A stretch of 64,000 nt of DNA from Candidatus Latescibacterota bacterium (GTDB taxonomy: Bacteria; Latescibacterota; UBA2968), in contig OZ242010.1 of NCBI GenBank assembly GCA_965204745.1, positions 1,696,001 through 1,760,000 of the forward strand. Direction: 5' to 3'. The notes under the pieces are model-generated. The model saw nothing but the letters and a program-made list of their open reading frames with translations. It was not told where the DNA came from and searched no databases. Below are positions 31,080-40,785 of this stretch, piece by piece (position 1 is the first letter of the stretch; every line of letters begins with the position of its first letter). The translations under genes were made by a program, and so were the position numbers.

Positions 31080-32168
31080 ATGCAACCCAAACTCAGCTCG
31101 ACCATCTGGTTGGTCGTTTTGCTTTTCGCATGCGGCAGCGAGAACCGCGACCAAAGAGAAATCATCCGCCCGGTTCGCCACCAGCGAGTCGTTCTTTCCG
31201 GCGGCGAGCAAAGCAAAATTTTGTCTGGCACCTCAAAAGCCGGTACCACATCGAAATTGAGCTTTCGCGTTGGGGGCATTGTCGATGGGGTCGATGTCAA
31301 AGTTGGCGAGAAGGTCCACGAGGGCAAGCGGCTCGCTTCCATCGACCGTTCCGATGCACAACTCAACTATGAAAAGGCACTCGAGATGTTGAGAAAGGCG
31401 GAGACGCAGAAAGATATCGCCCGGTCAAATTTGGATAGGGTCAAGGAATTGTACGAGAACAACAATATCTCTTTGAGCGAGTACGAGGCTGCAAAAGATA
31501 AATACGCTTCGGCCAATTCCGCCCATAACACGGAACGAAGAAATGCAGATCTGAAGAAACGGGAACTCGGCTATTACGCCCTGTACGCGCCGATAGACGG
31601 CATCATCTCGGAGGTCGTCATCGAAAAAAATGAACAGGTCAGCCCCGGTCAGGTCGTTATGACTATCGCGTCCAAAGAGGATATCGAGGTGAGCATCGGC
31701 ATGCCGGAAGCATTTATTTTTCGCATTGAGGCCGGCGAGAAAGTCTCGGTGAAATTTTCATCTCTGCCCGATAAAATTTTCGATGGGACGATCTCCGAGG
31801 TGTCGTTTGCCCCTGACGCGCAATCGTCCGTCTATCCGGTTATCGTAACAGTCGAACACCCGACCAGCGACATCAGGCCCGGCATGGCGGCGGATGTGAC
31901 GTTTCATTTTTCCACGCGCAATCGCGCATCCACAGCTCGGTTGATCGCGCCGGTGAGTGCTGTGGGCAAAGACGAAAGCGGCACCTTCGTGTTCGTCTTG
32001 ATGGAACGGGAAAACGGCCTCGCCATTACGCACAAGCAGAAGGTGACGGTGGGCGAATTGTCGCACGAGGGATTTGAAATCCTCGAGGGATTGCAAAACG
32101 GCGCGCTGGTCGCAACCGCTGGCGTGGGAAGTCTCGCGGATGGGATAACCGTGAAGTTGATGAAATAA
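31080..32168 (+). CDS. RND efflux periplasmic adaptor (membrane fusion protein)
   Basis: LFAC lipobox, LSFRVGG.V, APIDG, RPGM. Confidence 0.92.
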   Translation: MQPKLSSTIWLVVLLFACGSENRDQREIIRPVRHQRVVLSGGEQSKILSGTSKAGTTSKLSFRVGGIVDGVDVKVGEKVHEGKRLASIDRSDAQLNYEKALEMLRKAETQKDIARSNLDRVKELYENNNISLSEYEAAKDKYASANSAHNTERRNADLKKRELGYYALYAPIDGIISEVVIEKNEQVSPGQVVMTIASKEDIEVSIGMPEAFIFRIEAGEKVSVKFSSLPDKIFDGTISEVSFAPDAQSSVYPVIVTVEHPTSDIRPGMAADVTFHFSTRNRASTARLIAPVSAVGKDESGTFVFVLMERENGLAITHKQKVTVGELSHEGFEILEGLQNGALVATAGVGSLADGITVKLMK

Positions 32169-32181
32169 TGGGAAATGCCTC

Positions 32182-35100
32182 ATGAACATCACTGAGTTTG
32201 CAACGAAAAATAACGTGGTCACCTTGTCCTTGTTGTTCGTGCTCTCCGTAGCAGGGCTTTCCGCTTTCGGAGGCCTGCCGCGGGATGATATGCCGCCGTT
32301 TCTGGTTCGCGTTGCCAGCGTCGTGACCACCTTTCCGGGCGCTAGCCCAGAGCGCATGGAATTGCTCATTTCCGATAAAATCGAAGAGGTGTGTCAGGAA
32401 GTGCCAGAGGTGGATTACGTCCAGAGTGAAAATCGCACGGGCGTCTCGGTCGTCACGATCCACATCAAGAATAGCGCGCGCGATCTCCGGCCCATTTTTG
32501 ACAAATTGCGCCGAAAAGTCGATGCGGTCCGCCCCCAGTTGCCCTCGGGCGTGACGAGCTTGAGTTTCAATGACGAGGGGTTGGCAGATGTTTACGGCAT
32601 CGTTCTCGGGCTCACGGCAGAGGGTTTTACATACGCCGAATTAAAAGAAGCAGCGGACGCCATCCGCGACGATCTCATCAAATTGCCAAATGCGGCAAAA
32701 ATAAAAATCGTGGGTACGCGTGAGGAGCGCGTCTATCTCGATTGCGACAATGCACATCTGGCAAAATTAGGACTTACGCAACAAAACCTAAAAAATATCA
32801 TCGCCAGTACCAATGTCGTTTTCTCCGGAGGCGACATCGAAGTCGGCGATGAGCGCATTATTTTGGAACCCACGGGAAATTTTGATCGCCTAGAGGACAT
32901 CGAAAAGATCATCGTTTCCTCCGAAGGAGGCGAATTGTTGTTTCTAGGCGACATCGTCAATATTTACCGCGGCTATGTCGAACCGCAAAAATCGAGTGTA
33001 CGCATCGATGGGGTGCCGGGATTGGGCATCGGTGTCAATCTGAAAAAGGGGGGCAATATTATTGAATTGGGACGAGAAATCGATGCGCGTCTCGACTATT
33101 ACCAGACCGTTTTTCCCTGGGGCTTCCAAATCGTCAGGGCGGCTTCGCAGGACGAGGTCGTGGATAAATCCGTGCAAAACTTCCTCGGAAATCTCTATCA
33201 GGCCGTGGGCGTGGTGCTCCTCGTCATGTTGCTCTTTCTCGGCTTGCGAACGGGTTTGATCGTGGCTTCGCTGATCCCGATGGCGATTGCCTTCGCACTT
33301 TTATTGATGTCGCTCTTCGGCTTGGGACTAAACCAGGTGTCATTGGCCTCCTTGATCATCGCCCTCGGTATGCTAGTAGATAACGCCATCGTCGTTGCCG
33401 AATCCATTATGGTCAAAATGGAGAAGGGCGAGAAAGCCATCGATGCGGCCATCGCCTCTGCCAAAGAGTTATTTCTGCCCCTGCTCATATCTTCATTGAC
33501 GACCTCGGCCGCATTTCTCGCTTTCTATTTGGCAAAGTCGTCGATGGGCGAAATTATGGGCGAATTATTCTTGGTGGTCAGCTTCGCGCTCCTGTCTTCC
33601 TGGCTCCTCTCGATGACATTGATACCGCTTTTGTGTCTTTATTTTTTGAAAGTCCAGCCAAGGGCGGAACGCGCAAAGCCGAATGGCTTGCAGGTATTTT
33701 ACGAGAAACTTTTGGCGATCAACCTGCGACATCCCTTCCTGTTTCTGATCGGTGTGGTCGCGGTCTTCGCGGTCGCCTTGTGGTCGTTTCGCTTTGTTTC
33801 CTTTATCTTTTTTCCCGATAGCCAACGCGCCTTGGTGACGGTTACCGTGGATTTGCCCCTAGGCACCACTATCGGCAAAACAGAAGAGGTCGTCACCACT
33901 ATCGAAAACTACGTCGCCGAGGACCTGTTGGTGGGGGAAGGCCGCGCGGAAGGCGTGGTTTCGTTTTCTTCGTACATCGGCGAGGGGGCGCCCAAATACG
34001 ACTTGGGCTACACCGCGCCAGAAGCCCTGCCCAGTTCTGCCCATATCTTGCTGAACACCAGTTCCTCGGCGATCAATCAGCATGTGATCGATTCGGTTGA
34101 CGACTTCATTTTTCAAAACCTGCCAGAGGCAAAGGGCAAGGTGAAGCGATTATCCGGCGGCGGGGGCGGCGACAATGCCATCGAAGTTCGCATTTCCGGA
34201 GATGACCCCGAGATCCTCTACCGCCGAGTGGCGGAAATCAAGGCCAAATTGCACGGGATTGAGGGCACAAAAAATATTCGCGACAGTTGGGGGCCGCGCA
34301 CAAAAAAATTCGTCGTGGCTATCGATCAGCGCAGGGCGCGGCTCGCAGGTGTGACGAGTCAAGACATCGCCGTGTCTTTGCAAACCGGGTTGAATGGGTT
34401 GCAAACCGGGCAATTTCGAGAGGGCGATAAAATTATCCCCATCGTGATGCGAAATGATCAGACGGACGATCAACGCATTCAGTTCTTGGAAAGCATGGCG
34501 GTGTACGCGCAACAAAGCGGCAAGAACGTGCCCCTCAAGCAAGTTGCGGATCTGAAGATCGAATGGCAGGCTGCAAAAATTTTGCGGCGCGATCTGACCC
34601 GGACGATTTCGGTTACGAGTGGCTTAAAATCCGGATATACCGCGGCGGAGATCATGGCGCACCTGACGCCGTGGTTGGCAGAGCAACGAAAAACGTGGCC
34701 TTCCGGCTATGCGTATAAATTGGGAGGGGAAGCGGAAGATAGCGCGAAAAATATCGGCGCGATAGTGGCCCATCTGCCCCTGTCATTTTTTATCATCGTG
34801 CTCTTGCTCATCGGTCAATTTAATTCCATCCGCAAACCCCTGATCATTTTGTTGACGATCCCCTTGGGCTCAATCGGCGTGATCTTTGGGTTGTTGCTCA
34901 CCGGCTCTCCTTTTGGCTTTATGCCATTTTTGGGGGTCATCGCCCTCGCCGGCATCGTGATCAACAATGCCATCGTTTTGATCGACCGCATTCAAATCGA
35001 AATGACCGCGTTTCATCGCGCACTCCAAGAGGCGATAGTGGCGGCGGCCCAACAGCGGTTCCGCCCCATTATGCTCACGACAGCGACCACGACTTTGGGG

Positions 35101-35238
35101 CTTATTCCGCTGTGGATCGGCGGCGGCGTCATCTGGGCGCCGATGGCGATTGCGATTATATTTGGCTTGCTCTTTGCCACGGTTTTAACCTTGTTGGTCG
35201 TCCCCGTGATGTACAAGCTCTTTTTTTACGAACGCTGA
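32182..35238 (+). CDS. RND efflux permease, AcrB/AcrD/AcrF family
   Basis: 1018 aa; GMLVDNAIVV, GIVINNAIVL, RFRPIMLT. Confidence 0.93.
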   Translation: MNITEFATKNNVVTLSLLFVLSVAGLSAFGGLPRDDMPPFLVRVASVVTTFPGASPERMELLISDKIEEVCQEVPEVDYVQSENRTGVSVVTIHIKNSARDLRPIFDKLRRKVDAVRPQLPSGVTSLSFNDEGLADVYGIVLGLTAEGFTYAELKEAADAIRDDLIKLPNAAKIKIVGTREERVYLDCDNAHLAKLGLTQQNLKNIIASTNVVFSGGDIEVGDERIILEPTGNFDRLEDIEKIIVSSEGGELLFLGDIVNIYRGYVEPQKSSVRIDGVPGLGIGVNLKKGGNIIELGREIDARLDYYQTVFPWGFQIVRAASQDEVVDKSVQNFLGNLYQAVGVVLLVMLLFLGLRTGLIVASLIPMAIAFALLLMSLFGLGLNQVSLASLIIALGMLVDNAIVVAESIMVKMEKGEKAIDAAIASAKELFLPLLISSLTTSAAFLAFYLAKSSMGEIMGELFLVVSFALLSSWLLSMTLIPLLCLYFLKVQPRAERAKPNGLQVFYEKLLAINLRHPFLFLIGVVAVFAVALWSFRFVSFIFFPDSQRALVTVTVDLPLGTTIGKTEEVVTTIENYVAEDLLVGEGRAEGVVSFSSYIGEGAPKYDLGYTAPEALPSSAHILLNTSSSAINQHVIDSVDDFIFQNLPEAKGKVKRLSGGGGGDNAIEVRISGDDPEILYRRVAEIKAKLHGIEGTKNIRDSWGPRTKKFVVAIDQRRARLAGVTSQDIAVSLQTGLNGLQTGQFREGDKIIPIVMRNDQTDDQRIQFLESMAVYAQQSGKNVPLKQVADLKIEWQAAKILRRDLTRTISVTSGLKSGYTAAEIMAHLTPWLAEQRKTWPSGYAYKLGGEAEDSAKNIGAIVAHLPLSFFIIVLLLIGQFNSIRKPLIILLTIPLGSIGVIFGLLLTGSPFGFMPFLGVIALAGIVINNAIVLIDRIQIEMTAFHRALQEAIVAAAQQRFRPIMLTTATTTLGLIPLWIGGGVIWAPMAIAIIFGLLFATVLTLLVVPVMYKLFFYER

Positions 35239-35259
35239 CCTATATTTGGAAAAAAAATA

Positions 35260-35295
35260 AAAACGCCCGGTCGTTGTGCGACTGGGCGTTTTTTG
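35260..35295. terminator. Bidirectional intrinsic terminator between the RND operon and ppk1
   Basis: AAAACGCCCGGTCG-ttgtg-CGACTGGGCGTTTTTT. Confidence 0.8.
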
Positions 35296-35311
35296 TTGGG
35301 CGGTTGCCTGG

Positions 35312-37417
35312 TCACGCAGGGCGTTCTGCTGGAGGGACAAAAAAGTCGGGGATGGCGACGGGTTCTCCGAGAGACAGGCGAATGAGCGCGTCGTGCATGC
35401 AGAAGGAGGATCCATCGGCGCAGGACGCGACGCGGCGGTATGAACCGTCGGGCATCAGGGCGTGCGATTTGACATTGTCGGCGAAACAGGCGCCGAGGAG
35501 TTCGGATTTGATCCGGGCGATCAGGTCGGGGTCTTCGATGGGGCAGAGGGTTTCCACGCGGCGGCGCAAATTTCGCGGCATCCAATCCGCGCTGCCGATG
35601 TACACGTCCGGATGGCGGTTATTTTCAAAGTAGTAGATGCGGCTGTGTTCCAAAAACCGGCCGATGATGCTGCGTACTCGGATGTTGTCGCTGATGCCGG
35701 GAACGCCCGGCCGCAGGCAGCAGATCCCGCGCACGATGAGGTCGATTTGCACGTCGTTTTGAGAGGCGCGGTACAGGGCGCGAATCACTTTGGGGTCTTG
35801 GAGTGCGTTCATTTTGGCGACGATGCGGGCGGGCCGTCCCTCGCGCGCATGGGCGATTTCGCGGTCGATTTTTTCTAGGATGGCGGGAAGCATGGTGTGG
35901 GGCGCGATGAGAAATTTGCCGACTTGGGGGTGCGCGGATTGCGTGGTGAGCAGGTTGAAGACCTCGGCCACGTCTCGCGCGATGTCTTCGCGCGCGGTGA
36001 ACAGGCCCAAGTCCGTGTAGAGGCGGGCCGTTGTGGGATTGTAATTGCCCGTGCCGATGTGGGCGTAGCGGCGCAGGCCATCGTTGGATTCGCGCCTGAC
36101 CAGCAGCGAGAGTTTGCAGTGGGTTTTGAGGCCGACGACCCCATAGACGACGCAGACCCCCGCATCTTGTAGGCGGCGCGCCCAGCGGATGTTGGATTCC
36201 TCGTCAAACCGCGCTTTGAGTTCGACGACCACGGTGACTTCTTTGCCCGCCTCGGCAGCGCGGATCAACGCATCGATCACGGGCGAGTCTTCGCTGGTGC
36301 GATAGAGCGTTTGTTTGATCGCCAACACATCGGGATCGGTCGCCGCGGAATTGACGAATTGGACGACGGGCGTGAACGCATCGTAGGGATGGTGGAGCAA
36401 CATGTCTTTTTGTTTGATCTGGTTGAAGAGCGTCTCGAGTTCGTCATACGCGTGATCGGGCGGGCGATAGGGTGGATATTTCAAATCGGGCCTAGGGGTC
36501 GCGCTGTAGAGCCCCATCAAGCGGTTGAGATTCACGGGCCCGTTGACCTGATAAATCTGGTTGTTTTTGAGGTTGTAGGTCGATTGCAGGCGTTTGACGA
36601 GCGCGGGGTTGGCATCGGCTTCGATTTCGAGGCGGACCGTGTCGCCTTTGCGCCGGTTTTGAAGTTCGTCTTGAATGGCGAGCAACAAGTCGTCTGCGGC
36701 TTCTTCGTCCAAGTACAGGTCGCTGTTTCGGGTGATGCGAAACGCCGCCGTGTCGAGAATTTGGTAGCCTCGGAACAGTTCGGGAATGTGCGCTTGGACG
36801 ATGTCGGCGAGGAAGACAAAGTCGATGCGCGGGCTGTCTTCTTCGCGAGGCAAGCGGATCAGGCGGGGCAACAAGCGGGGCACTTGCACGACGCCGAGCA
36901 GGGTTTCACCTTCGCGGCTTTTGAGCAAGAGGGCAATGCACAGGGCTTTGTTGATCAAGCGCGGCAGGGGATGGGCGGGGCTGATGGTGAGCGGGGTTAA
37001 GACGGGGTAGAGTTCGGCGTGGCAATAGTCGTCGAGAAAGGCTTTTTCGCGGTTGGAGAGCGTGTCTATGGTGCGGATGTGGACATCGGCGTCGCGCAGG
37101 GCGGGCAGGAGTTCGCCGTTCCAACAGGCGTATTGCTCATCGACCATGCGGTGGGCTTCTTTTGCGATAGTCGCGATTTGTTCTTCGGGCAAAAGGCCAT
37201 CGGGGCCGTAGTCGGAGATGCCGGCTTCGACTTGCTGGAGCAGGCCGGCGACGCGCACTTCGAAGAACTCGTCGAGGTTGTTGGCGACAATGCCGAGAAA
37301 TTTGACCCGTTCCAGCAGGGGATTTTGCGTGGTGCGGGCCTCTTGCAAGACGCGCTGATTAAACCGCAACCACGAAAGTTCGCGATTAAAATAGAGTTTG
37401 GCATCGCCGAGGTTCAT
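35312..37417 (-). CDS. ppk1: Polyphosphate kinase 1
   Basis: YFNRELSWL.FN, NLDEFF, LHHPY, IKQTLYR, ELKARFDE, KTHCK, GRFLEH, SADWM.RN; start may extend to 37447. Confidence 0.96.
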   Translation of the reverse strand: MNLGDAKLYFNRELSWLRFNQRVLQEARTTQNPLLERVKFLGIVANNLDEFFEVRVAGLLQQVEAGISDYGPDGLLPEEQIATIAKEAHRMVDEQYACWNGELLPALRDADVHIRTIDTLSNREKAFLDDYCHAELYPVLTPLTISPAHPLPRLINKALCIALLLKSREGETLLGVVQVPRLLPRLIRLPREEDSPRIDFVFLADIVQAHIPELFRGYQILDTAAFRITRNSDLYLDEEAADDLLLAIQDELQNRRKGDTVRLEIEADANPALVKRLQSTYNLKNNQIYQVNGPVNLNRLMGLYSATPRPDLKYPPYRPPDHAYDELETLFNQIKQKDMLLHHPYDAFTPVVQFVNSAATDPDVLAIKQTLYRTSEDSPVIDALIRAAEAGKEVTVVVELKARFDEESNIRWARRLQDAGVCVVYGVVGLKTHCKLSLLVRRESNDGLRRYAHIGTGNYNPTTARLYTDLGLFTAREDIARDVAEVFNLLTTQSAHPQVGKFLIAPHTMLPAILEKIDREIAHAREGRPARIVAKMNALQDPKVIRALYRASQNDVQIDLIVRGICCLRPGVPGISDNIRVRSIIGRFLEHSRIYYFENNRHPDVYIGSADWMPRNLRRRVETLCPIEDPDLIARIKSELLGACFADNVKSHALMPDGSYRRVASCADGSSFCMHDALIRLSLGEPVAIPDFFVPPAERPA

Positions 37418-37557
37418 CACACACTCCGGGGGAAGGAACGATGGCATTGCACAAAATGTCGCTTATCATGCGATGCAAAGCGAAAAAAAAGAAAAGTTCG
37501 CAGGGCGAAAGGCCGTTTAAGCCCTTATCTCCCCGCTAAAATCGGGGTTTTCAAAAT

Positions 37558-37762
37558 GGCTTTTTTGCATAAATAGCTAAAGCCTGCTGTTTGGGGGTTG
37601 CAAAAAGACAGGTTCCTTCGTAGCTTGGGCATCTCTGTCACCGCAACAAATCACCCCTTCTCACCCGGAACCTGTCATGCCCAAGATAGCCTCTTTCAAG
37701 ACCTCCGTCAAGTCCCCTCGTCGTCTTCGGGACGAACTTCGCCACATTTATGCAACAACGCC
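37558..37762. mobile_element. MITE derived from an IS5-family (IS903-group) element
   Basis: GGCTTTTTTGCATAAAT ... ATTTATGCAACAACGCC inverted ends; subterminal GGGACGAACTTyGCCAC shared with the IS end at 61867-61903; no clear target duplication. Confidence 0.7.
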
Positions 37763-37831
37763 CCTCGACATTCTCATCTCCCAACGCATCTAGCAGTGCC
37801 GTCGTGCGATAGCTTGCTTCTTGTATCTCGC

Positions 37832-37860
37832 TTGACTTTAATAAACGAAACTGTTACAAT
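37832..37860 (+). promoter_or_regulatory. sigma70 promoter (extended -10) for the uppS operon
   Basis: TTGACT-17 bp-TACAAT with TGn before the -10. Confidence 0.7.
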
Positions 37861-37922
37861 TTCACAACATTTTTTGCGATGGCTTATCGGCCATTTTTTG
37901 TTGCTTTGAGGTTTCAATTTTT

Positions 37923-38753
37923 ATGGATATGGCAGATACACTTCTAAATGACGCACGCAGTTGTACGGCACTTCAGGCCGAGCTAAAAGCGCGGGGGAAT
38001 TTGCCGCAGCACATTGCGATTATTATGGATGGCAATGGGCGATGGGCGCAACAGCGGGATTTGCGCCGCACGGATGGGCACAGGTCCGCCCGCGAAACCG
38101 TGCGCGATATCGTGCGGGCCTGCGGCGAACTCGAAATCGATATCCTGACCCTGTTCACATTTGGCACGGACAACTGGCGGCGGCCCTGGACAGAGGTGTT
38201 GTCCCTGATGCAGTTGTTGCGCGATTGTTCATATCAAGAACTCGACGAGTTGCAGGAAAACGACGTGCGCCTGATCACCACCGGCGATACCGGGCGGCTG
38301 GTCAAGCACTCGCGTGAGGCACTGGAAAAGGCCATTTGCCAAACAGCTAATAACAGCGGGCTGACGCTCAATTTGGTGCTGAGTTACGATGGCAAAAGCG
38401 ATATTCTGCAAGCCGTGCAAAGCATAGCCCGAGATGTGGCGCAGGGGCGGGTTTCCGCAGATGAGATCGATGCCGAGGCGGTTGCCCAACGCCTGTACAC
38501 GGGGTGCTTGCCCGATCCGGATTTGCTGATTCGCACGAGCGGGGAAGTTCGGTTGAGCAATTTCATGCTGTGGCAATGCGCGTACACGGAGTTTTGGTTC
38601 ACCGACGTGCTGTGGCCCGATTTTAAGCGCGAGCATCTGTACGAGGCGATTCGCAGTTATCAAAATCGAGAACGGCGGTTTGGCAAAACCGGGTTGCAGT
38701 TGCGCGCGGAAATGCGGGCAAAAAAGGCCAATGGGGCCGTGGTCAGCGATTAG
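37923..38753 (+). CDS. uppS: Undecaprenyl diphosphate synthase (isoprenyl transferase)
   Basis: HIAIIMDGNGRWA, PDLLIRTSGE.RLSNF.LWQ, RERRFG. Confidence 0.96.
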   Translation: MDMADTLLNDARSCTALQAELKARGNLPQHIAIIMDGNGRWAQQRDLRRTDGHRSARETVRDIVRACGELEIDILTLFTFGTDNWRRPWTEVLSLMQLLRDCSYQELDELQENDVRLITTGDTGRLVKHSREALEKAICQTANNSGLTLNLVLSYDGKSDILQAVQSIARDVAQGRVSADEIDAEAVAQRLYTGCLPDPDLLIRTSGEVRLSNFMLWQCAYTEFWFTDVLWPDFKREHLYEAIRSYQNRERRFGKTGLQLRAEMRAKKANGAVVSD

Positions 38754-38816
38754 CGGGCCGTCCGCCCCGAGATACAAAACCCGTAGGTACCCGTTCTCTT
38801 CGCCCAGGGAGGGGCT

Positions 38817-39614
38817 GTGGCAAAGTCCAATCTGGTTCAGCGCGTGTTGGCGGCAGCGGTTTTTGGGCCGGTTTTGTCGGTGCTGTTCTGGGTGGGGGGC
38901 TATGGGTTGTTCGCGCTGTGGTGCGGGGTGATTTGCATAGGCGTCTGGGAGTTTTACCGACTGTTGTGTGGCAAGGGGTTGAAGCCCCGCATGGTCTTTG
39001 GCATGATTGCAACGCTCGCGTGGTGTGCGTTGGCGTTTTGGGTCGGGTTGGATGCGTTCGCGCTGTTTTTTTTGATCGTATTTTTATCGCTGTTTTGCCT
39101 GGCCCTGTTCGACCCCTCGGATTACCGGTTGCACAATGCGGGGGGCACGCTTTTGGGAGTGTTGTATGTCGGGTTCTTGGGCAGTTTTGTGCTGTTGGTG
39201 CGCGAGGCGTTGCCCGCGCCAGAACGAGGCCCGGGGGCAGTGCTCATTTTGCTTGGGATTTGGGCCAATGATGTGATGGCCTATTTTTTTGGGCGGTGGT
39301 TTGGCCGCTGGCATCCCTTTCCCCGCATCAGCCCGGGCAAGACCGAGGCGGGATTTATCGGCGGGGTGTTGTCCGCACTGCTGGTCGTGGGGGTTGGCGC
39401 GCATCTCTTTGGTTCGTTCAATGCGTCGCAAAGCCTCTGTCTCGGCCTGATCATCGGCATTGGCGCGTCATTGGGCGATCTCGTGGAATCCATGATCAAG
39501 CGCGCAATGGATGTCAAAGACACGTCGGAACTGATCCCCGGGCACGGCGGGGTGCTGGATCGGTTTGACAGTTTGTTTTTCGTTTTTCCACTCGTTTATC
39601 TCTATTTGCTATGA
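38817..39614 (+). CDS. cdsA: Phosphatidate cytidylyltransferase
   Basis: SPGKT, GDLVES.IKR...KD...IPGHGG.LDRFD; synteny with uppS and dxr. Confidence 0.95.
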   Translation: MAKSNLVQRVLAAAVFGPVLSVLFWVGGYGLFALWCGVICIGVWEFYRLLCGKGLKPRMVFGMIATLAWCALAFWVGLDAFALFFLIVFLSLFCLALFDPSDYRLHNAGGTLLGVLYVGFLGSFVLLVREALPAPERGPGAVLILLGIWANDVMAYFFGRWFGRWHPFPRISPGKTEAGFIGGVLSALLVVGVGAHLFGSFNASQSLCLGLIIGIGASLGDLVESMIKRAMDVKDTSELIPGHGGVLDRFDSLFFVFPLVYLYLL

Positions 39615-40771
39615 AAAAGCGCGTTGCCCTTTTGGGATCCACAGGCTCTATTGGCACAAATACATTGCGCGTTTTGAAGGGCCTGCCCGACCGATTTGAG
39701 CTGGTGAGTTTGTGCGCGGGCCGCAATGCCGAGTTGCTCTGCGAGCAGGCCGAGCGCTGGCGTCCGAAGCGCGTGTGCATCGACCGAGGCGCGAAAGCCG
39801 TGCGGGCGCGGCTTTCGCCATTGGGCATTGAGGTGCTAGAAGGGCGGGCGGGCATGCGGGAACTCTGTGTTGATTCAGATGTGGATTTGGTGATCAATGG
39901 CTTGGCCGCAGGCGTGGGATTGCGCCCGACATTGGCGGCGGTGCGGGCCGGCAAGGATGTGGCGATAGCCAACAAGGAGACGCTGGTGGTCGCCGGGCAT
40001 CTGGTCACGGCTTGGGCGCGACAGACCGGGGCGACCCTGTTGCCCATCGACAGCGAGATCACGCCCCTGTGGCAGTTGCTGCAAGAGACAGATCGAGACG
40101 ATATCAAGCGCATCGTGTTGCCGGCGTCGGGCGGCCCGTTTTTTGACCACACGCGGGAACAGATGGCCGAGGCGTCGCCCGCTTTGGCCCTCGACCATCC
40201 CACATGGCAGATGGGGCCCAAAATTACGATAGACTCGGCCACGCTGATGAACAAGGGGTTCGAGGTGATTGAGGCGCGGTGGTTTTTGGATTTGCCGGTG
40301 TCCAAGATCGATGTGATTATCCACCGGCAGTCTATCGTGCATTGTTTGGTCGAGTACGCAGATGGCGGGGTGATGGCGCACATGAGCACGCCCGATATGC
40401 AGTTGCCCATTCAGCAAGCGTTGGTACATCCCGAACGGTTGCCCACGCAGGTCGAACCCCTGGACCTGACGCGGGTTCGCACGTTGAGTTTTTTCCCGCC
40501 GGATACCGCGCGTTTTCCCTGCCTGCAACTGGCGTATCGGGCCATTGAACAGGGTGGCACTGCGACTGCGGTGCTCAATGCGGCCAATGAGGTCGCGGTG
40601 TACGCTTTTTTGGATGGGCGCATCGGGTTTCTCGATATTCCGCGCGTGATTGCCCGAGCATTGGACGCGCCAGAGGCCCATCGCGATGCCGATACCCTCG
40701 AGGCGGTTTTTGACGCGGACCGCTGGGGGCGAACGCGCGCCGATGAACTGGTTTGTTCACTCGCGTCATAG
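39611..40771 (+). CDS. dxr: 1-deoxy-D-xylulose-5-phosphate reductoisomerase
   Basis: LGSTGSIG, ANKE, DSE, SGGPF, HP.W.MG.KITIDSATLMNKG.E, NAANE. Confidence 0.96.
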   Translation: MKKRVALLGSTGSIGTNTLRVLKGLPDRFELVSLCAGRNAELLCEQAERWRPKRVCIDRGAKAVRARLSPLGIEVLEGRAGMRELCVDSDVDLVINGLAAGVGLRPTLAAVRAGKDVAIANKETLVVAGHLVTAWARQTGATLLPIDSEITPLWQLLQETDRDDIKRIVLPASGGPFFDHTREQMAEASPALALDHPTWQMGPKITIDSATLMNKGFEVIEARWFLDLPVSKIDVIIHRQSIVHCLVEYADGGVMAHMSTPDMQLPIQQALVHPERLPTQVEPLDLTRVRTLSFFPPDTARFPCLQLAYRAIEQGGTATAVLNAANEVAVYAFLDGRIGFLDIPRVIARALDAPEAHRDADTLEAVFDADRWGRTRADELVCSLAS

Positions 40772-40785
40772 AAACGAGGTTTATC

